A DNA stretch of 64,000 bases from Abditibacteriaceae bacterium (GTDB taxonomy: Bacteria > Armatimonadota > Abditibacteriia > Abditibacteriales > Abditibacteriaceae): contig OZ255721.1 in assembly GCA_965277285.1 (NCBI GenBank), positions 1,664,001 through 1,728,000 on the forward strand. Direction: 5' to 3'. Below are positions 10,390-20,414 of the stretch, one piece after another (the first letter of the stretch is position 1; each line of letters begins with the position of its first letter). The position numbers and the translations under genes are program-made. The notes beneath the pieces were generated by a model. The model was not told where the DNA came from. It saw only the letters and a program-made list of their open reading frames with translations, and did no database searches.

Positions 10390-11297
10390 ATTCTTCGATG
10401 GTCGTACGCTCCGCCGCCAAAGTGAACTTGACACTTGATGTTTTGGGTTTGCGCGCCGATGGTTATCACGAGTTGCGCTCCATCGTTCACACCATCGGTT
10501 TGTGGGACACGATTCGTTTCGACTTCAAAAACGCGCACGGCCTGACATTTTCGTGCGACCAGAGCGACTTGCAAACCGATGACAACTTGTGTTTGAAAGC
10601 CGCGCGTTTGTGGTCGCAAAGCGCCAATCGAGTACTCGATTGCGCCATACGATTGGAAAAACAGATTCCGATGGGCGCCGGTTTGGGCGGCGGCAGCGGC
10701 AACGCGGCGGCGACGTTGCTTGTGCTGAATCGCCATTTTGATGACGCGCTCAGCGAAGATCAACTGCATTACATCGCTGCCAAATTGGGCGCCGATGTGC
10801 CGTTATTCTTGCGTGGCGGTTGCAATCTTATCGAAGGCGTTGGCGAAAAAATTACCTCGCTGCGCTCACTTTCCGGTTGGATTTTGTTGTTGCAACCACA
10901 CCAAAAACTTTCAACTCCGCAGGTTTTTCGCGCCTGGGATGAACTTCATTCCCACACAAATTTAGCAATGCCTGACGCTTCAACGCATTTGTTGAATTTG
11001 ATGCAGCAAAATGCGACTTTGGCGCAATTGGCCATGTCGTTGCGAAACGATTTGACGGCAGCTGCGGCGCGTTGTGGTGTCGATGTCGGGCCAGCTTTAC
11101 AAAAGCTGCGCGAATTTGGCGCACTCGGCGCGACGATGACAGGCAGCGGTTCGGCGTTTTACGCTTTTTTCGACACGGAAAAAAGTGCAAGAGATGCGTT
11201 GCAAAACATGGAATACCCTGACGGGGCAGCCATTTCGGTCTGGGATTTTACGGCTGTCGCACCGTTTTCAGCGCACGGTATCGAATGGTTGGATTGA
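10386..11297 (+). CDS. ispE: 4-diphosphocytidyl-2-C-methyl-D-erythritol kinase
   Basis: AKVNLTLDVLG.RADGYHEL, KQIPMGAGLGGGSGNAA, MTGSGS; ATGA overlap with rsmA gives start 10386. Confidence 0.95.
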   Translation: MNSSMVVRSAAKVNLTLDVLGLRADGYHELRSIVHTIGLWDTIRFDFKNAHGLTFSCDQSDLQTDDNLCLKAARLWSQSANRVLDCAIRLEKQIPMGAGLGGGSGNAAATLLVLNRHFDDALSEDQLHYIAAKLGADVPLFLRGGCNLIEGVGEKITSLRSLSGWILLLQPHQKLSTPQVFRAWDELHSHTNLAMPDASTHLLNLMQQNATLAQLAMSLRNDLTAAAARCGVDVGPALQKLREFGALGATMTGSGSAFYAFFDTEKSARDALQNMEYPDGAAISVWDFTAVAPFSAHGIEWLD

Positions 11298-11348
11298 CGA
11301 CACTCGAAATGAGATTCCTTCATCGAGTACTCGATAAGCCGATGCGCA

Positions 11349-11894
11349 ATGAGGAGTCCGTTCGAGATGTCGGTTTTTGAACTCAGTTGGAAATGGATGT
11401 CGTTTCTTTCGTTTGGCTTCAGCCTCATCGCGGCAGTGCTGGCCATCGATATGTATAAGTTGTCGCGGACGGGACAATTTGGCGCGTCGTGGCGCGTTCT
11501 CATCACGGCGACAGTAATTTACGCTTTGTTGCAAGCGTCGCATCTGGCGGAAACAGTCAACATCGGTTTCGCTAAAATGTCGCACGTCGTCGAACTGATT
11601 TTCGTTCTTGCCTTGGCCTATTCGTTTTATTTGCAACGCCAATTGTTCCGCAACGCGTCCAATTTCCGCGACGGCAACGAGCGCCGCGAACGATCGAACT
11701 ATTCTGGCCCCGAACGACGCGGCAATCGCAACGAACCGTATCAAGGCCCGGAACGCCGTCAGCGCGCAACAGATGTTCCGCCATTTGCCAACATGCGCGA
11801 AGAATCCGAAGCCGATGCACCACATTCCAGAAGAAAAATTGATGTCGCATCTGATGACATCGAATGGCAAGCGCCTGATTCCGCCGCGCCATAA
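11349..11894 (+). CDS. Hypothetical membrane protein (about 3 TM) with repeated ERR motifs in the tail
   Basis: Hydrophobic N-terminal half; GNERR, YSGPERR and YQGPERR repeats. Confidence 0.65.
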   Translation: MRSPFEMSVFELSWKWMSFLSFGFSLIAAVLAIDMYKLSRTGQFGASWRVLITATVIYALLQASHLAETVNIGFAKMSHVVELIFVLALAYSFYLQRQLFRNASNFRDGNERRERSNYSGPERRGNRNEPYQGPERRQRATDVPPFANMREESEADAPHSRRKIDVASDDIEWQAPDSAAP

Positions 11895-11907
11895 ACATCT
11901 ATGCGCT

Positions 11908-11980
11908 ACGAAGTTTCAGGCAACACAAAGCCGCGCTATCGAGTACTCAATGCGCGGCTTTGTGTTGCCTGAAACTTCGT
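11908..11980. terminator. 29-bp perfect inverted repeat between convergent genes
   Basis: acgaagtttcaggcaacacaaagccgcgc / gcgcggctttgtgttgcctgaaacttcgt followed by TTT; loop carries TCGAGTACTCAA. Confidence 0.7.
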
Positions 11981-12216
11981 TTTACAAATCTCCGCCTTCT
12001 AATGGCGCATTAAAAACTCGCGTTAACAAAGGATTGCGCGTCACAATTCAGTTAATCCAACAAGAATCGGCGCGACTGCGTGAAGAAGGCAAACAACGAT
12101 AATTCCAAGGCCGAAAGTAGAAAACGACCAAGCTACAGTCTTCTTTTGAGTGCGTCTATACTTTTGGGAATCGCCCAACCAAAACCAAACCATTAGCAAT
12201 CTTATTGCGCAATTGT

Positions 12217-13509
12217 TTATCCTGAACCGCGTCGCGCCCGTAACGCGATACTTTGCAGCAAGCCGATGCAAATCGCAAACGAAATGTAGGCTGAACCGCC
12301 ATAGGAAAAAAATGGCAGCGGCACGCCGGTAATTGGCATCACGCGCATCGTCATTCCCAGGTTGACGACGCAGTGAAACGCGATCAGCGTGGTAAAACCG
12401 CCCGCGATAAGAACGCCGAAATAATTGTCCGTCGTCAATGCCAAACTCGCGGTGCGCAACAGCAACAGCAGAAACAAAACGATCAGCGTCGCGGCGCCCG
12501 CGAAACCTAATTCTTCGGCGACAACCGTAAAAACGAAATCAGTCGTGTTTTCCGGCATGTAACCGCTATGACTTTGAATGCCTTTGCCGTAGCCCTGACC
12601 GGTAATGCCGCCACCGCCAATAGCGATCTGGCTTTGCTTGATTTGCCAGCCATCACCGCGACCGACGCGCGCCGAACTGTCGGATTGCAAAAACACCGAC
12701 AAGCGTTCTTTTTGATATTCCTTCATGCCGCCGAACTGCCAGGCGCCGACGAACAGCGACAATCCGACGACCGCAATCGTCACCAGATGTTGCCAGCGCG
12801 CGCCGCCGAAAAACAACATTCCATACCAGATCAGCAAAACTGAGAGCATCGTTCCCAAGTCGGGTTGCTTCCAGATGAAAATCAATGGCGGCAAAATATA
12901 CAGCAACGATTGACCAATGGTTTTCCATTGACCTATGCGTTCCTGGCGACGCGTCAAAAACGCGGCCAGCGTGATGATGACGGCGACTTTGCAAAACTCG
13001 GACGGCTGCAAGGTCAGCGGCCCCAAGTGAATCCAGCTTTTGGCGCCATTGATGACCGGCGCCAGCGAGCGCGGCAAAACCAAGAGCGAACCTAAAAAGA
13101 GCAGATTAAAAACGTAAATCCAAGTTTGCAAATACATCAACAGCAAATAATCGAGCGTCATCACCAACGCCATTAACGCCAAGCCAAGCGCGACGGAAAC
13201 CGCTTGCTTGGTCGCTTCGCCGCGCACGCTGTTGGTGCCGCCGCTGCCACCACTTGCTTTTCGAGTACTCGATGAAGAATTTGGCGTCGCTGCGTCACCG
13301 TTTTCGCCGTTCGCATTGGCGGCGTTGGCACCAGGCGCAGGCGAGGACGCAGCATACAAATCGGGATTAGGACGCGCGGCGGACGCGATGGTCAGGCAAC
13401 CCCAAACCGAAAGGCACAAAACAATCGCCAGCATCAGCCAATCGAGTTGCCGCCAACCGCCGTGCGAAAATGAAGGAGAAGCGGTCGTCGGAGCGGAAAT
13501 TACAGCCAT
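12217..13509 (-). CDS. rodA: Rod shape-determining SEDS protein RodA
   Basis: GAKSWI..LQPSEFCK, QPDLGT, PENTTDFVFTVVAEELGF, MPITGVPLPFFSYGGS; start set at ATG 13509. Confidence 0.9.
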   Translation of the reverse strand: MAVISAPTTASPSFSHGGWRQLDWLMLAIVLCLSVWGCLTIASAARPNPDLYAASSPAPGANAANANGENGDAATPNSSSSTRKASGGSGGTNSVRGEATKQAVSVALGLALMALVMTLDYLLLMYLQTWIYVFNLLFLGSLLVLPRSLAPVINGAKSWIHLGPLTLQPSEFCKVAVIITLAAFLTRRQERIGQWKTIGQSLLYILPPLIFIWKQPDLGTMLSVLLIWYGMLFFGGARWQHLVTIAVVGLSLFVGAWQFGGMKEYQKERLSVFLQSDSSARVGRGDGWQIKQSQIAIGGGGITGQGYGKGIQSHSGYMPENTTDFVFTVVAEELGFAGAATLIVLFLLLLLRTASLALTTDNYFGVLIAGGFTTLIAFHCVVNLGMTMRVMPITGVPLPFFSYGGSAYISFAICIGLLQSIALRARRGSG

Positions 13510-13676
13510 AAGCAACAAGAAACTAAAGGTTTGAAATGAACAAAGCGATGCTATTGTACTGCATCTTTTAACGCCTGCATGAATGCACGTCACAAAGATG
13601 GACTTGGCAAAGTTCATGCGTATTCGAGATATTGCATTTGCGAACAATGGATCGAGTACTCGATAATAGGAGCATT

Positions 13677-14090
13677 ATGAAACCTTCCCATCAAAAGTTC
13701 GGCGCCGGAGTTCTATTGATTCTGCTGGCCGCGCAGTTGTCGGGTTGCAGTGCATCGGCTGGCCTTGCGCCGTCGAAAGTGACTTGCAACGGGTTTTTGC
13801 AGAAGATGAAGGCGGGTCAGGCGAGCGCCGCTTACAGTTTGTTATCTTCGCCGTGCAAGGCAGTGACAACACCTCAGCAAATGCAAAATTACTGGGATTT
13901 GGTGGAAAAGAATCGCGGCAAAGTCCAAAGTTGGACGCAGCAGGGTTTCAACGTTTATTCCGGCACCGGCGGCAGTTCGGTTCAGCTTGGCTACGCGTTG
14001 CAATGCGCCAAAGGCACGTCCGCTGTGCGTTTCAGTTGCGTCGAAGAAAATAATCAATGGCTGATTCAAGGCTTTAACTTCAGCGGATAA
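13677..14090 (+). CDS. Hypothetical lipoprotein
   Basis: AGGAG RBS, signal peptide with lipobox LSGC. Confidence 0.7.
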   Translation: MKPSHQKFGAGVLLILLAAQLSGCSASAGLAPSKVTCNGFLQKMKAGQASAAYSLLSSPCKAVTTPQQMQNYWDLVEKNRGKVQSWTQQGFNVYSGTGGSSVQLGYALQCAKGTSAVRFSCVEENNQWLIQGFNFSG

Positions 14091-14101
14091 GCTGTCCTGC
14101 T

Positions 14102-15112
14102 TCAACTTATTTTAATGACGACTTTGCCGAAATGCGCGCCGCTTTCCAGATATTCGTAAGCGGCGCTCGCTTCGTCAAAACCGAAAACGTGGTCGATGAC
14201 GGGATGAATTTGCTGCCTTTCGAGTACTCGATTGAAACTTTTGAACATGGCGCGGCTGCCGACATAAATGCCGTGAACGTTCAGGCTGCCGGACAAAATC
14301 GGAAACGGATTGACGTTTCCGCCAAAACCCGAAACGCCACCGATCATGCTCATAGTGCCGCCAAGTCGCAAACAGCGCAGTGACTTTTCCCACGTTTTGT
14401 TTCCACCAACTTCGATAACATGATTGACGCCAACGCGATCCGTCATTTCAAAAACGCGCTGGTCCCAATTCGGCACATCTTTATAGTTGATCGTTTCATC
14501 GGCGCCCAAACTTCGCGCGCGTTCGAGTTTTTCGTCGCTGCTTGATGTAATAAAAATGTGTGCGCCGCGCGCTTTGGCCAGTTGAAGCGCGAAAATCGAA
14601 ACGCCACCTGTTCCAAGGAGCAAAATCGTATCGCCTTTTATAAAAAAACATCGCTCGATAGCGTGCCATGCTGTCACACCGGCGCACGGCAAAGTCGCAC
14701 CTTCTTCGAAACTGAGATATTTCGGCAATTCGACTAAACCATTTTCGTCAAAAACGCGATATTCCGCCAAAACGCCATCAATTCCACCGCCCAAATCAGA
14801 TTTCATTTGAGCGCGATCAGGACGTTTATCCAGCCATTTCTGAAAGAAAATTCCCGCTACGCGATCACCAATTTTCCATTGCGTGACATCTTCGCCGATT
14901 GCGACAATTTCGCCCGCGCCGTCGGAAAGCGGCACCAAACCTGGCTTAGGTGTCGCGCTGTAAACGCCTTTGGCGACCATCAAATCGCGGTAATTCAAAC
15001 TGGCGGCGCGTATTTTCACCAGAACTTCGCCAGATCGCGGTTGTGGAATAGCGATCTCGTTTTGCTGCAATCCGCTGAAATCGCCGAATTTTTCAATTGT
15101 GTATTGTTTCAT
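14102..15112 (-). CDS. NAD(P)-dependent medium-chain alcohol dehydrogenase / quinone reductase family
   Basis: AASLNYRDL, VPLSDGAGE, LPCAGVTAW, GTGGVS, HFGKVVI. Confidence 0.92.
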   Translation of the reverse strand: MKQYTIEKFGDFSGLQQNEIAIPQPRSGEVLVKIRAASLNYRDLMVAKGVYSATPKPGLVPLSDGAGEIVAIGEDVTQWKIGDRVAGIFFQKWLDKRPDRAQMKSDLGGGIDGVLAEYRVFDENGLVELPKYLSFEEGATLPCAGVTAWHAIERCFFIKGDTILLLGTGGVSIFALQLAKARGAHIFITSSSDEKLERARSLGADETINYKDVPNWDQRVFEMTDRVGVNHVIEVGGNKTWEKSLRCLRLGGTMSMIGGVSGFGGNVNPFPILSGSLNVHGIYVGSRAMFKSFNRVLERQQIHPVIDHVFGFDEASAAYEYLESGAHFGKVVIKIS

Positions 15113-15182
15113 ATCAAGTACTCGAAACCAAAATAGGAGCGCATGTGAGATGCACTCCTATTTTGCGTTTTGTACCAGATTT

Positions 15183-15917
15183 TTACCAGGGCAATGTTTC
15201 TTCCATATGAAAGAAGCTGCCGCTTGGCCCATCGTCGTCCAACAACGCTAATCGAACCGCTGTTTTTGCGCCGTCTTGAACGTTCATGGGCGCTGCGTCG
15301 CTGCCCAAATCGGTTTTTACCCAGCCCGGATGCGCCGAGTTGACCTTGATGTTGGTATCGCGCAGTTCATAAGAGAGATGAACCGTAAACGAATTGAGTG
15401 CTGCTTTGCTGGCATCATAAGCGAACGGCTTCGTCTGAGAATACGGCGATTTCAGATCGGATTGCGCTGTCAGAGAACCCAAAATGCTCGATTGATTGAC
15501 GATGCGCGCCGCCGGACTTTGCCTCAGCAAAGGCAACAAGGATTGCGTCAATTCGACAGTGCCGAAAAAGTTGCTGTCGAATGTCGCGCGCATTTCCTGA
15601 GCAGAAACGGAAGCGACCGTTGGTTTTTGCCAATTTTCGGTCATCACGCCAGCGTTGTTGACCAAAATGTCCAAGCGCCCGAATTCACGCTCGAACCATT
15701 TCGGCAACGCCGCGATGTCATCCTTGCTCGTCACATCCAACTTCACAGCGCGCGCATGCACGCCGTCTTTCTTCAATTCTTCAACGGCTGCTTCGCCGCG
15801 TTCCAAATCGCGCGAACCGATGATGACCTGAACGCCACTTTTGCCCAACTGACGCGCGATTTCCAAACCCAAACCTTTGTTCGCACCTGTAATCAACGCC
15901 ACTTTTTCCTGACTCAT
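15183..15917 (-). CDS. Short-chain dehydrogenase/reductase (carbonyl reductase-like)
   Basis: TGANKGLG, NNAG, YDASK, HPGWVKTD; start at MSQEK. Confidence 0.93.
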   Translation of the reverse strand: MSQEKVALITGANKGLGLEIARQLGKSGVQVIIGSRDLERGEAAVEELKKDGVHARAVKLDVTSKDDIAALPKWFEREFGRLDILVNNAGVMTENWQKPTVASVSAQEMRATFDSNFFGTVELTQSLLPLLRQSPAARIVNQSSILGSLTAQSDLKSPYSQTKPFAYDASKAALNSFTVHLSYELRDTNIKVNSAHPGWVKTDLGSDAAPMNVQDGAKTAVRLALLDDDGPSGSFFHMEETLPW

Positions 15918-15955
15918 AATTTTTCCTTTCGAGTACTCGATGTTAACTTCCGTTT

Positions 15956-16678
15956 TCACCACGCGACGACGCCGTTTTCATCGAAAAATCCGCCGCTTGG
16001 CCCGTCATCAGGCAGCGTCGCCAGGCGAACCGAAATTGTCGCGCCCTGCTCGACTGTGCGCGTCCCACTATGTCCGTTCAAGTCGGTCGCCACATAACCA
16101 GGACAAGCGGCATTGACTTTGATTCCCAGCTCGCGCAGTTCCTTCGCAAATTGAACAGTGACCGCATTCAAAGCGGTTTTGGAAGACGTGTAAGCCAGTA
16201 AATTAATGCCAGCGTATTCCCAGTTCGGATCGCTGTGTTGAGTCAGCGAACCCAGACTGCTCGAAACGTTGACGATGCGCGCCGCCGAACTTTTTTTGAG
16301 AAGCGCAAGCATCGCTTGAATCACCGTAACCGGCGCGAAAACATTGGTGTCATAAGTGCGGCGCATAATTTCCACCGGCAACTGCGAAGGCGACATACGA
16401 TCCAGCGCGATACCAGCGTTATTGATCAAAACATCGAGCTTGCCGAAATCGCTCTCTACCTTTTGCGCTGCCGCTCGGACGCTGTTTTCATCCGTCACAT
16501 CGAGTGATAGAAAGCGCACATCCAAACCTTCATCGCGCAAGGTTTGTGCGGCTTTTTCGCCGCGCTCCTCGTCGCGCGCACCCAGCAAAACCGTGAAACC
16601 TTGTTTCCCTAATTGACGTACTGTCTCGAATCCGATGCCTTTATTGGCGCCCGTCACCAATGCAATTTTCTCGTTTAT
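15956..16678 (-). CDS. SDR, tandem paralogue; apparent ATA start codon
   Basis: TGANKGIG, YTSSK, CPGYVATD; GAGGAGG lies 6 nt upstream of an in-frame ATA giving (M)NEKIALVTG. Confidence 0.88.
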   Translation of the reverse strand: MNEKIALVTGANKGIGFETVRQLGKQGFTVLLGARDEERGEKAAQTLRDEGLDVRFLSLDVTDENSVRAAAQKVESDFGKLDVLINNAGIALDRMSPSQLPVEIMRRTYDTNVFAPVTVIQAMLALLKKSSAARIVNVSSSLGSLTQHSDPNWEYAGINLLAYTSSKTALNAVTVQFAKELRELGIKVNAACPGYVATDLNGHSGTRTVEQGATISVRLATLPDDGPSGGFFDENGVVAW

Positions 16679-16696
16679 AACTTTCCTCCTCTAAAC

Positions 16697-16727
16697 AAAA
16701 ATCGAGCACCCTTTCGAGTACTCGATT
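16697..16727 (-). terminator. Intrinsic terminator after thioredoxin, built from the palindrome
   Basis: Minus strand AATCGAGTACTC-GAAA-GGGTGCTCGATT-TTT, 12-bp stem with two G-U pairs. Confidence 0.7.
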
Positions 16728-16738
16728 GCCTAAACGTC

Positions 16739-17068
16739 TTACGAAACCAACGCTTTCACTTTAGCCGTTAAAGCCTCGCGCCCGCCAAAACCCGCCACCT
16801 GATCGACGACTTCGCCGTTCTTGAAAAACAACAAATTGGGAATCGCCTGCACGCCAAAACGTCCTGCCAACTCACTTTGATCTTCGACATCGACCTTGAC
16901 GATTTTGACTTTTCCGGCCAGTTCGCTCGCCAATTCTTCCAAAACTGGCGTGACCTGCTTGCAAGGCGGACACCATTCCGCATAAAAATCGACAACTACG
17001 GGCTGCGACGACTGTTCCACTTCGCTCGCAAAACTCTCCAACGTGATGTGCGCCAATGTTTCCGCCAT
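16739..17068 (-). CDS. trxA: Thioredoxin
   Basis: VVVDFYAEWCPPCK, FGVQAIPNL; GAGG RBS before MAETL. Confidence 0.9.
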   Translation of the reverse strand: MAETLAHITLESFASEVEQSSQPVVVDFYAEWCPPCKQVTPVLEELASELAGKVKIVKVDVEDQSELAGRFGVQAIPNLLFFKNGEVVDQVAGFGGREALTAKVKALVS

Positions 17069-17092
17069 TTCCTCGTCTCCTTTGCCATCAAC

Positions 17093-17111
17093 TGTTCGCA
17101 AAACACGAACA
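17093..17111. promoter_or_regulatory. Candidate ArsR operator in the divergent intergenic region
   Basis: TGTTCG-N7-CGAACA inverted repeat. Confidence 0.4.
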
Positions 17112-17167
17112 ATCGTAGAATCGGTTCCATTGAGTTAGAATAAGAGTTACGAGTGGGAGGAAAAGAA

Positions 17168-17488
17168 ATGAAAGCGTTATTGCATCCGTCGGCGGAAGAG
17201 ATGACGTTGTGGGGCGTTTTGTATGCGTTGGGCGATCCGGTGCGCTTGGAAATGGTACGTTGCCTGGCAAAAACTGAGAGCGCGTGTTGCGCGGCGCTGA
17301 CGATGAACTTGCCGAAATCGACTTTGACGCGACATTTTCGTGTGTTGCGCGAAATGGGCGTCATCGCGCAAGAGCCGCGTGGTCGCCAGTTCGCCAACAG
17401 CTTGCGCCGCGCCGATTTGGAAGCGCGTTTTCCTGGCTTGCTGGAGATCGTCTTGCGCGAGGAAAGTTTGTGTACGCGCGAAAAATGA
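17168..17488 (+). CDS. ArsR/SmtB family transcriptional regulator
   Basis: ALGDPVRL, PKSTLTRHFRVLRE.G, DLEARFPGLL; GGAGG RBS. Confidence 0.9.
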   Translation: MKALLHPSAEEMTLWGVLYALGDPVRLEMVRCLAKTESACCAALTMNLPKSTLTRHFRVLREMGVIAQEPRGRQFANSLRRADLEARFPGLLEIVLREESLCTREK

Positions 17489-17589
17489 AGCGTTTCGAGT
17501 ACTCGATTACTTTGTTGTGTTTGTCTCTCGAAGCGGCGGTGAAGATGGTGTAAGATTGTCATTGATTTCGCAATGGAAATTCGCTCTTT

Positions 17590-19182
17590 ATGCAAACGCC
17601 TTATGCCGCGCCTTCGCCTGGACAAACGCCCGTTCAAACGCCGCTTGAAATGGCCGCCGAATTTACGCCAATGCCGTTGCGCGCGCGCGGCGTTTTGGAA
17701 ACGCTCGACCTGACGATCAAGGTTTTTCGGCGCTATGCGGGCGTTTTGCTGGCGTGGTCGGCGCTGATTATCGGCGTGTGCGGCACGATTGGAATGTTCG
17801 GCGCTATTTCTGCCGGAAAATCAATGATCGAGCAGGCCAGTTCCGGTTATTCGGGCGGCCTGGCGGCGGAGCAAATCGCTTCGCTGATGTTTTCGAGTTT
17901 GGGCGCGATGTTCTTGTCGTTCTTTTGCTTTCCCTTGATTATTGGCGCTTCGGCGTGCTGCGTGGCGGGCGCCGTGCGCGGACAACGCATTCGTTTTACG
18001 CAGTGCTGGAGTTTCACCAGGCCTCGCTATTGGTCGATGCTGGGGCAAACGTTGCTGGCGGTTCTGGTGATGTGGATTTCACTGTTCGGCGTTATGATTG
18101 TCGCGGGAATCGTTGCGGCACTGGGCGCGTTTGTGGTGATGCAATTGCCTCGAATGGTGGCCGCACCATTGGGAATCCTCGCTCTCGTTTGTTTTTATGT
18201 GGCTTTTTTCGTGGTGGGAATGCTGGCCGCGATGTGGCTGGTGCTGGTTCCGGTTGTGGTGTGCATGGAAGAAAACAATCGCAACGCCAACGCAATGAGT
18301 CGTGCCCTGGCGCTTTTGCGCGGCAATTGGCGACGCGCAGCAGGATTGATGCTTCTGGCGTGGCTGGGAATACTGGCAGTCGCTTCCATCACGCAGGCGC
18401 CGTTTGCCTATTTTATGAGCGGTGCGACAACACCCAGCAGCGGATTGATCGGCGCCACTTTTGTGGTGCAAATGATCGTCTGGCTGGGCATGCTGCCGTT
18501 TTACACGCTGCTCGTCACGCTGTTTTACTTGGATGCGCGCGTGCGCAACGAAGCCCTCGATCTCGAATGGTCGTCGCACACCGGAACGCCTCAAGCGACC
18601 GCTCAAAATGTGACAGCGCCGAATATGACAGCGCCTGCTGCGCCCGCTAATTTTTATCCGCAGGCGATGCAGCCGGTTTCTTCCGTTGATGAAGCAAACG
18701 TCGCGCGTTCGGATGCTTCGGTTTGGAGCGGCGGCACACAAAATTTGGCGCCCATGTCTCTCGAAGCGTTCACGCCGCAAGGTATCACGTCGCAGAATAC
18801 TGCACCACACACCATCCAGAATTCAGATGAGAATGCGTTTCAACCCGCGAGGCAAACGCAACCTTTAACCGATTCTTCAATTGAAACAAACAGCATTTCG
18901 CCACTTTTTGTTGCAGAATCGAGTACTCGAATTGTACCGAGCGCACCAATCTTGAACGCTGAAACCCAAACGCCACTTTTAAGCGCACCCTTGACGAACG
19001 CGATTTTTGAAACTTCGCCGATTGAAAATTCACCGGTTGCAGTTCCAGAAAACAGCGCGACACCAGAAACGTGTCCGCAATGTGGCGCGGCGGTGACGGC
19101 TACGCAAACGTTTTGCATGAACTGCGGCGCTCGTCTGGCGCGCCAAAATAATGCGGGAAACTCATCGGGATTTGGCGCATGA
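17590..19182 (+). CDS. Multi-TM membrane protein with low-complexity linker and C-terminal zinc ribbon (MoxR cluster)
   Basis: About 6 TM segments, LFYLDARVRNEALDL motif, CPQCG..FCMNCG. Confidence 0.75.
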   Translation: MQTPYAAPSPGQTPVQTPLEMAAEFTPMPLRARGVLETLDLTIKVFRRYAGVLLAWSALIIGVCGTIGMFGAISAGKSMIEQASSGYSGGLAAEQIASLMFSSLGAMFLSFFCFPLIIGASACCVAGAVRGQRIRFTQCWSFTRPRYWSMLGQTLLAVLVMWISLFGVMIVAGIVAALGAFVVMQLPRMVAAPLGILALVCFYVAFFVVGMLAAMWLVLVPVVVCMEENNRNANAMSRALALLRGNWRRAAGLMLLAWLGILAVASITQAPFAYFMSGATTPSSGLIGATFVVQMIVWLGMLPFYTLLVTLFYLDARVRNEALDLEWSSHTGTPQATAQNVTAPNMTAPAAPANFYPQAMQPVSSVDEANVARSDASVWSGGTQNLAPMSLEAFTPQGITSQNTAPHTIQNSDENAFQPARQTQPLTDSSIETNSISPLFVAESSTRIVPSAPILNAETQTPLLSAPLTNAIFETSPIENSPVAVPENSATPETCPQCGAAVTATQTFCMNCGARLARQNNAGNSSGFGA

Positions 19183-20414
19183 AACACTCGCCTTTGGTTT
19201 TCTTGCTGCTCATAATTTCGCTGCTCACCACATCTTGGCACGCTGTTTCTGCGCGTAACGCTTCGCCAGCTGCACCAACTGCTGCGTCGGCTAACACAAC
19301 AACCTCGCCTGCTGCGACGCCGCCTTCTTCCGCACCATTTACGCCGTTTACGTCTCCGATTCCGGTAAAGAAAGCGGCATCGAATTACACGATTTCGGCG
19401 GAAAAATACGCGGCGGAATTGCGCCAGAGCATCAATAAACTCGACAAATGGCAAAGTGGTGCGCTGCCGACTTTGCCGATTTTGCGCGGCGCCTTGCCAA
19501 CGTCGGATGAACGTCGCATCAAGCGCGCCGATGGCGTGATGCAAACTGCCAACGGCGCGCAATGGGATCGCTATCTGAACGATATCGAGGACTCGAGAAA
19601 CGCCAACACGCACCTCAAACGCAATGAAGTTCAAGGTTTGCGCACGATGCTGGCGCAACGTCTTCTCGCGCTGCAATCCTGGATGAAAGTCGGCGTTTAT
19701 CAACCGGTGGGCGCGCAAAACATCATCTCGACGCTGGCGGACGAAAACCAAATTCGCACAGGCCCGACGGCTTTGCAGAACTGGTGGCAAAGCGTCAAAG
19801 ACGCTATCAGCGATTTTCTCAAAAAATTATTCCGCCGCTCCGTGCCAACAACTACGCCTTCGAGAACGCCCAGCATCAATCCGCAATGGGCGACCTTGTT
19901 GTTCACCTCGTGCGTCTTATGCTTGCTGGGCGCGATTGCCTGGTACGTGTGGAAATCGCTGGGCGGACGCTGGGTGCGCGGCGCCAAGCGCGAAGTGCGT
20001 TTCGTTGGCGAAGACGCCGAACTCTTGCAACTCGCGCCGGACGAACTCTTGTCGCGCGCCGGACGATTGGCGGAAAAAGGCGATTATGCAGGCGCGCTGC
20101 GACATCGTTTCATCGGGCTTCTGGTCACGTTGGACGAACGCGGCGTTTGGCGTTACGACACGCGGCGCACCAACTGGGAACACATCGCGGCTTTGCGCAA
20201 AACGCCGCGCTGGAACTTCGTGACAACGCCATTGTCCGACCTGACGCGCTGCTTCGACCGCATGCGCTACGGCAATTTGCCATGCGCGCAAAACGATTGG
20301 ATGAGTTTTGACAGCGATAGCGCAATCTTGGAAAAACAAGTCGCGCAATCGTCGCAAAACGTACAAAATGCGACATCGAGTACTCAAAACCCAACGACAG
20401 GAGCGCGCGCGTGA
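19179..20414 (+). CDS. DUF4129-like membrane-anchored protein
   Basis: GDYAGALRHRF..L..LD..RTNWEH..FDRMRYG; gene context. Confidence 0.75.
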   Translation: MKHSPLVFLLLIISLLTTSWHAVSARNASPAAPTAASANTTTSPAATPPSSAPFTPFTSPIPVKKAASNYTISAEKYAAELRQSINKLDKWQSGALPTLPILRGALPTSDERRIKRADGVMQTANGAQWDRYLNDIEDSRNANTHLKRNEVQGLRTMLAQRLLALQSWMKVGVYQPVGAQNIISTLADENQIRTGPTALQNWWQSVKDAISDFLKKLFRRSVPTTTPSRTPSINPQWATLLFTSCVLCLLGAIAWYVWKSLGGRWVRGAKREVRFVGEDAELLQLAPDELLSRAGRLAEKGDYAGALRHRFIGLLVTLDERGVWRYDTRRTNWEHIAALRKTPRWNFVTTPLSDLTRCFDRMRYGNLPCAQNDWMSFDSDSAILEKQVAQSSQNVQNATSSTQNPTTGARA

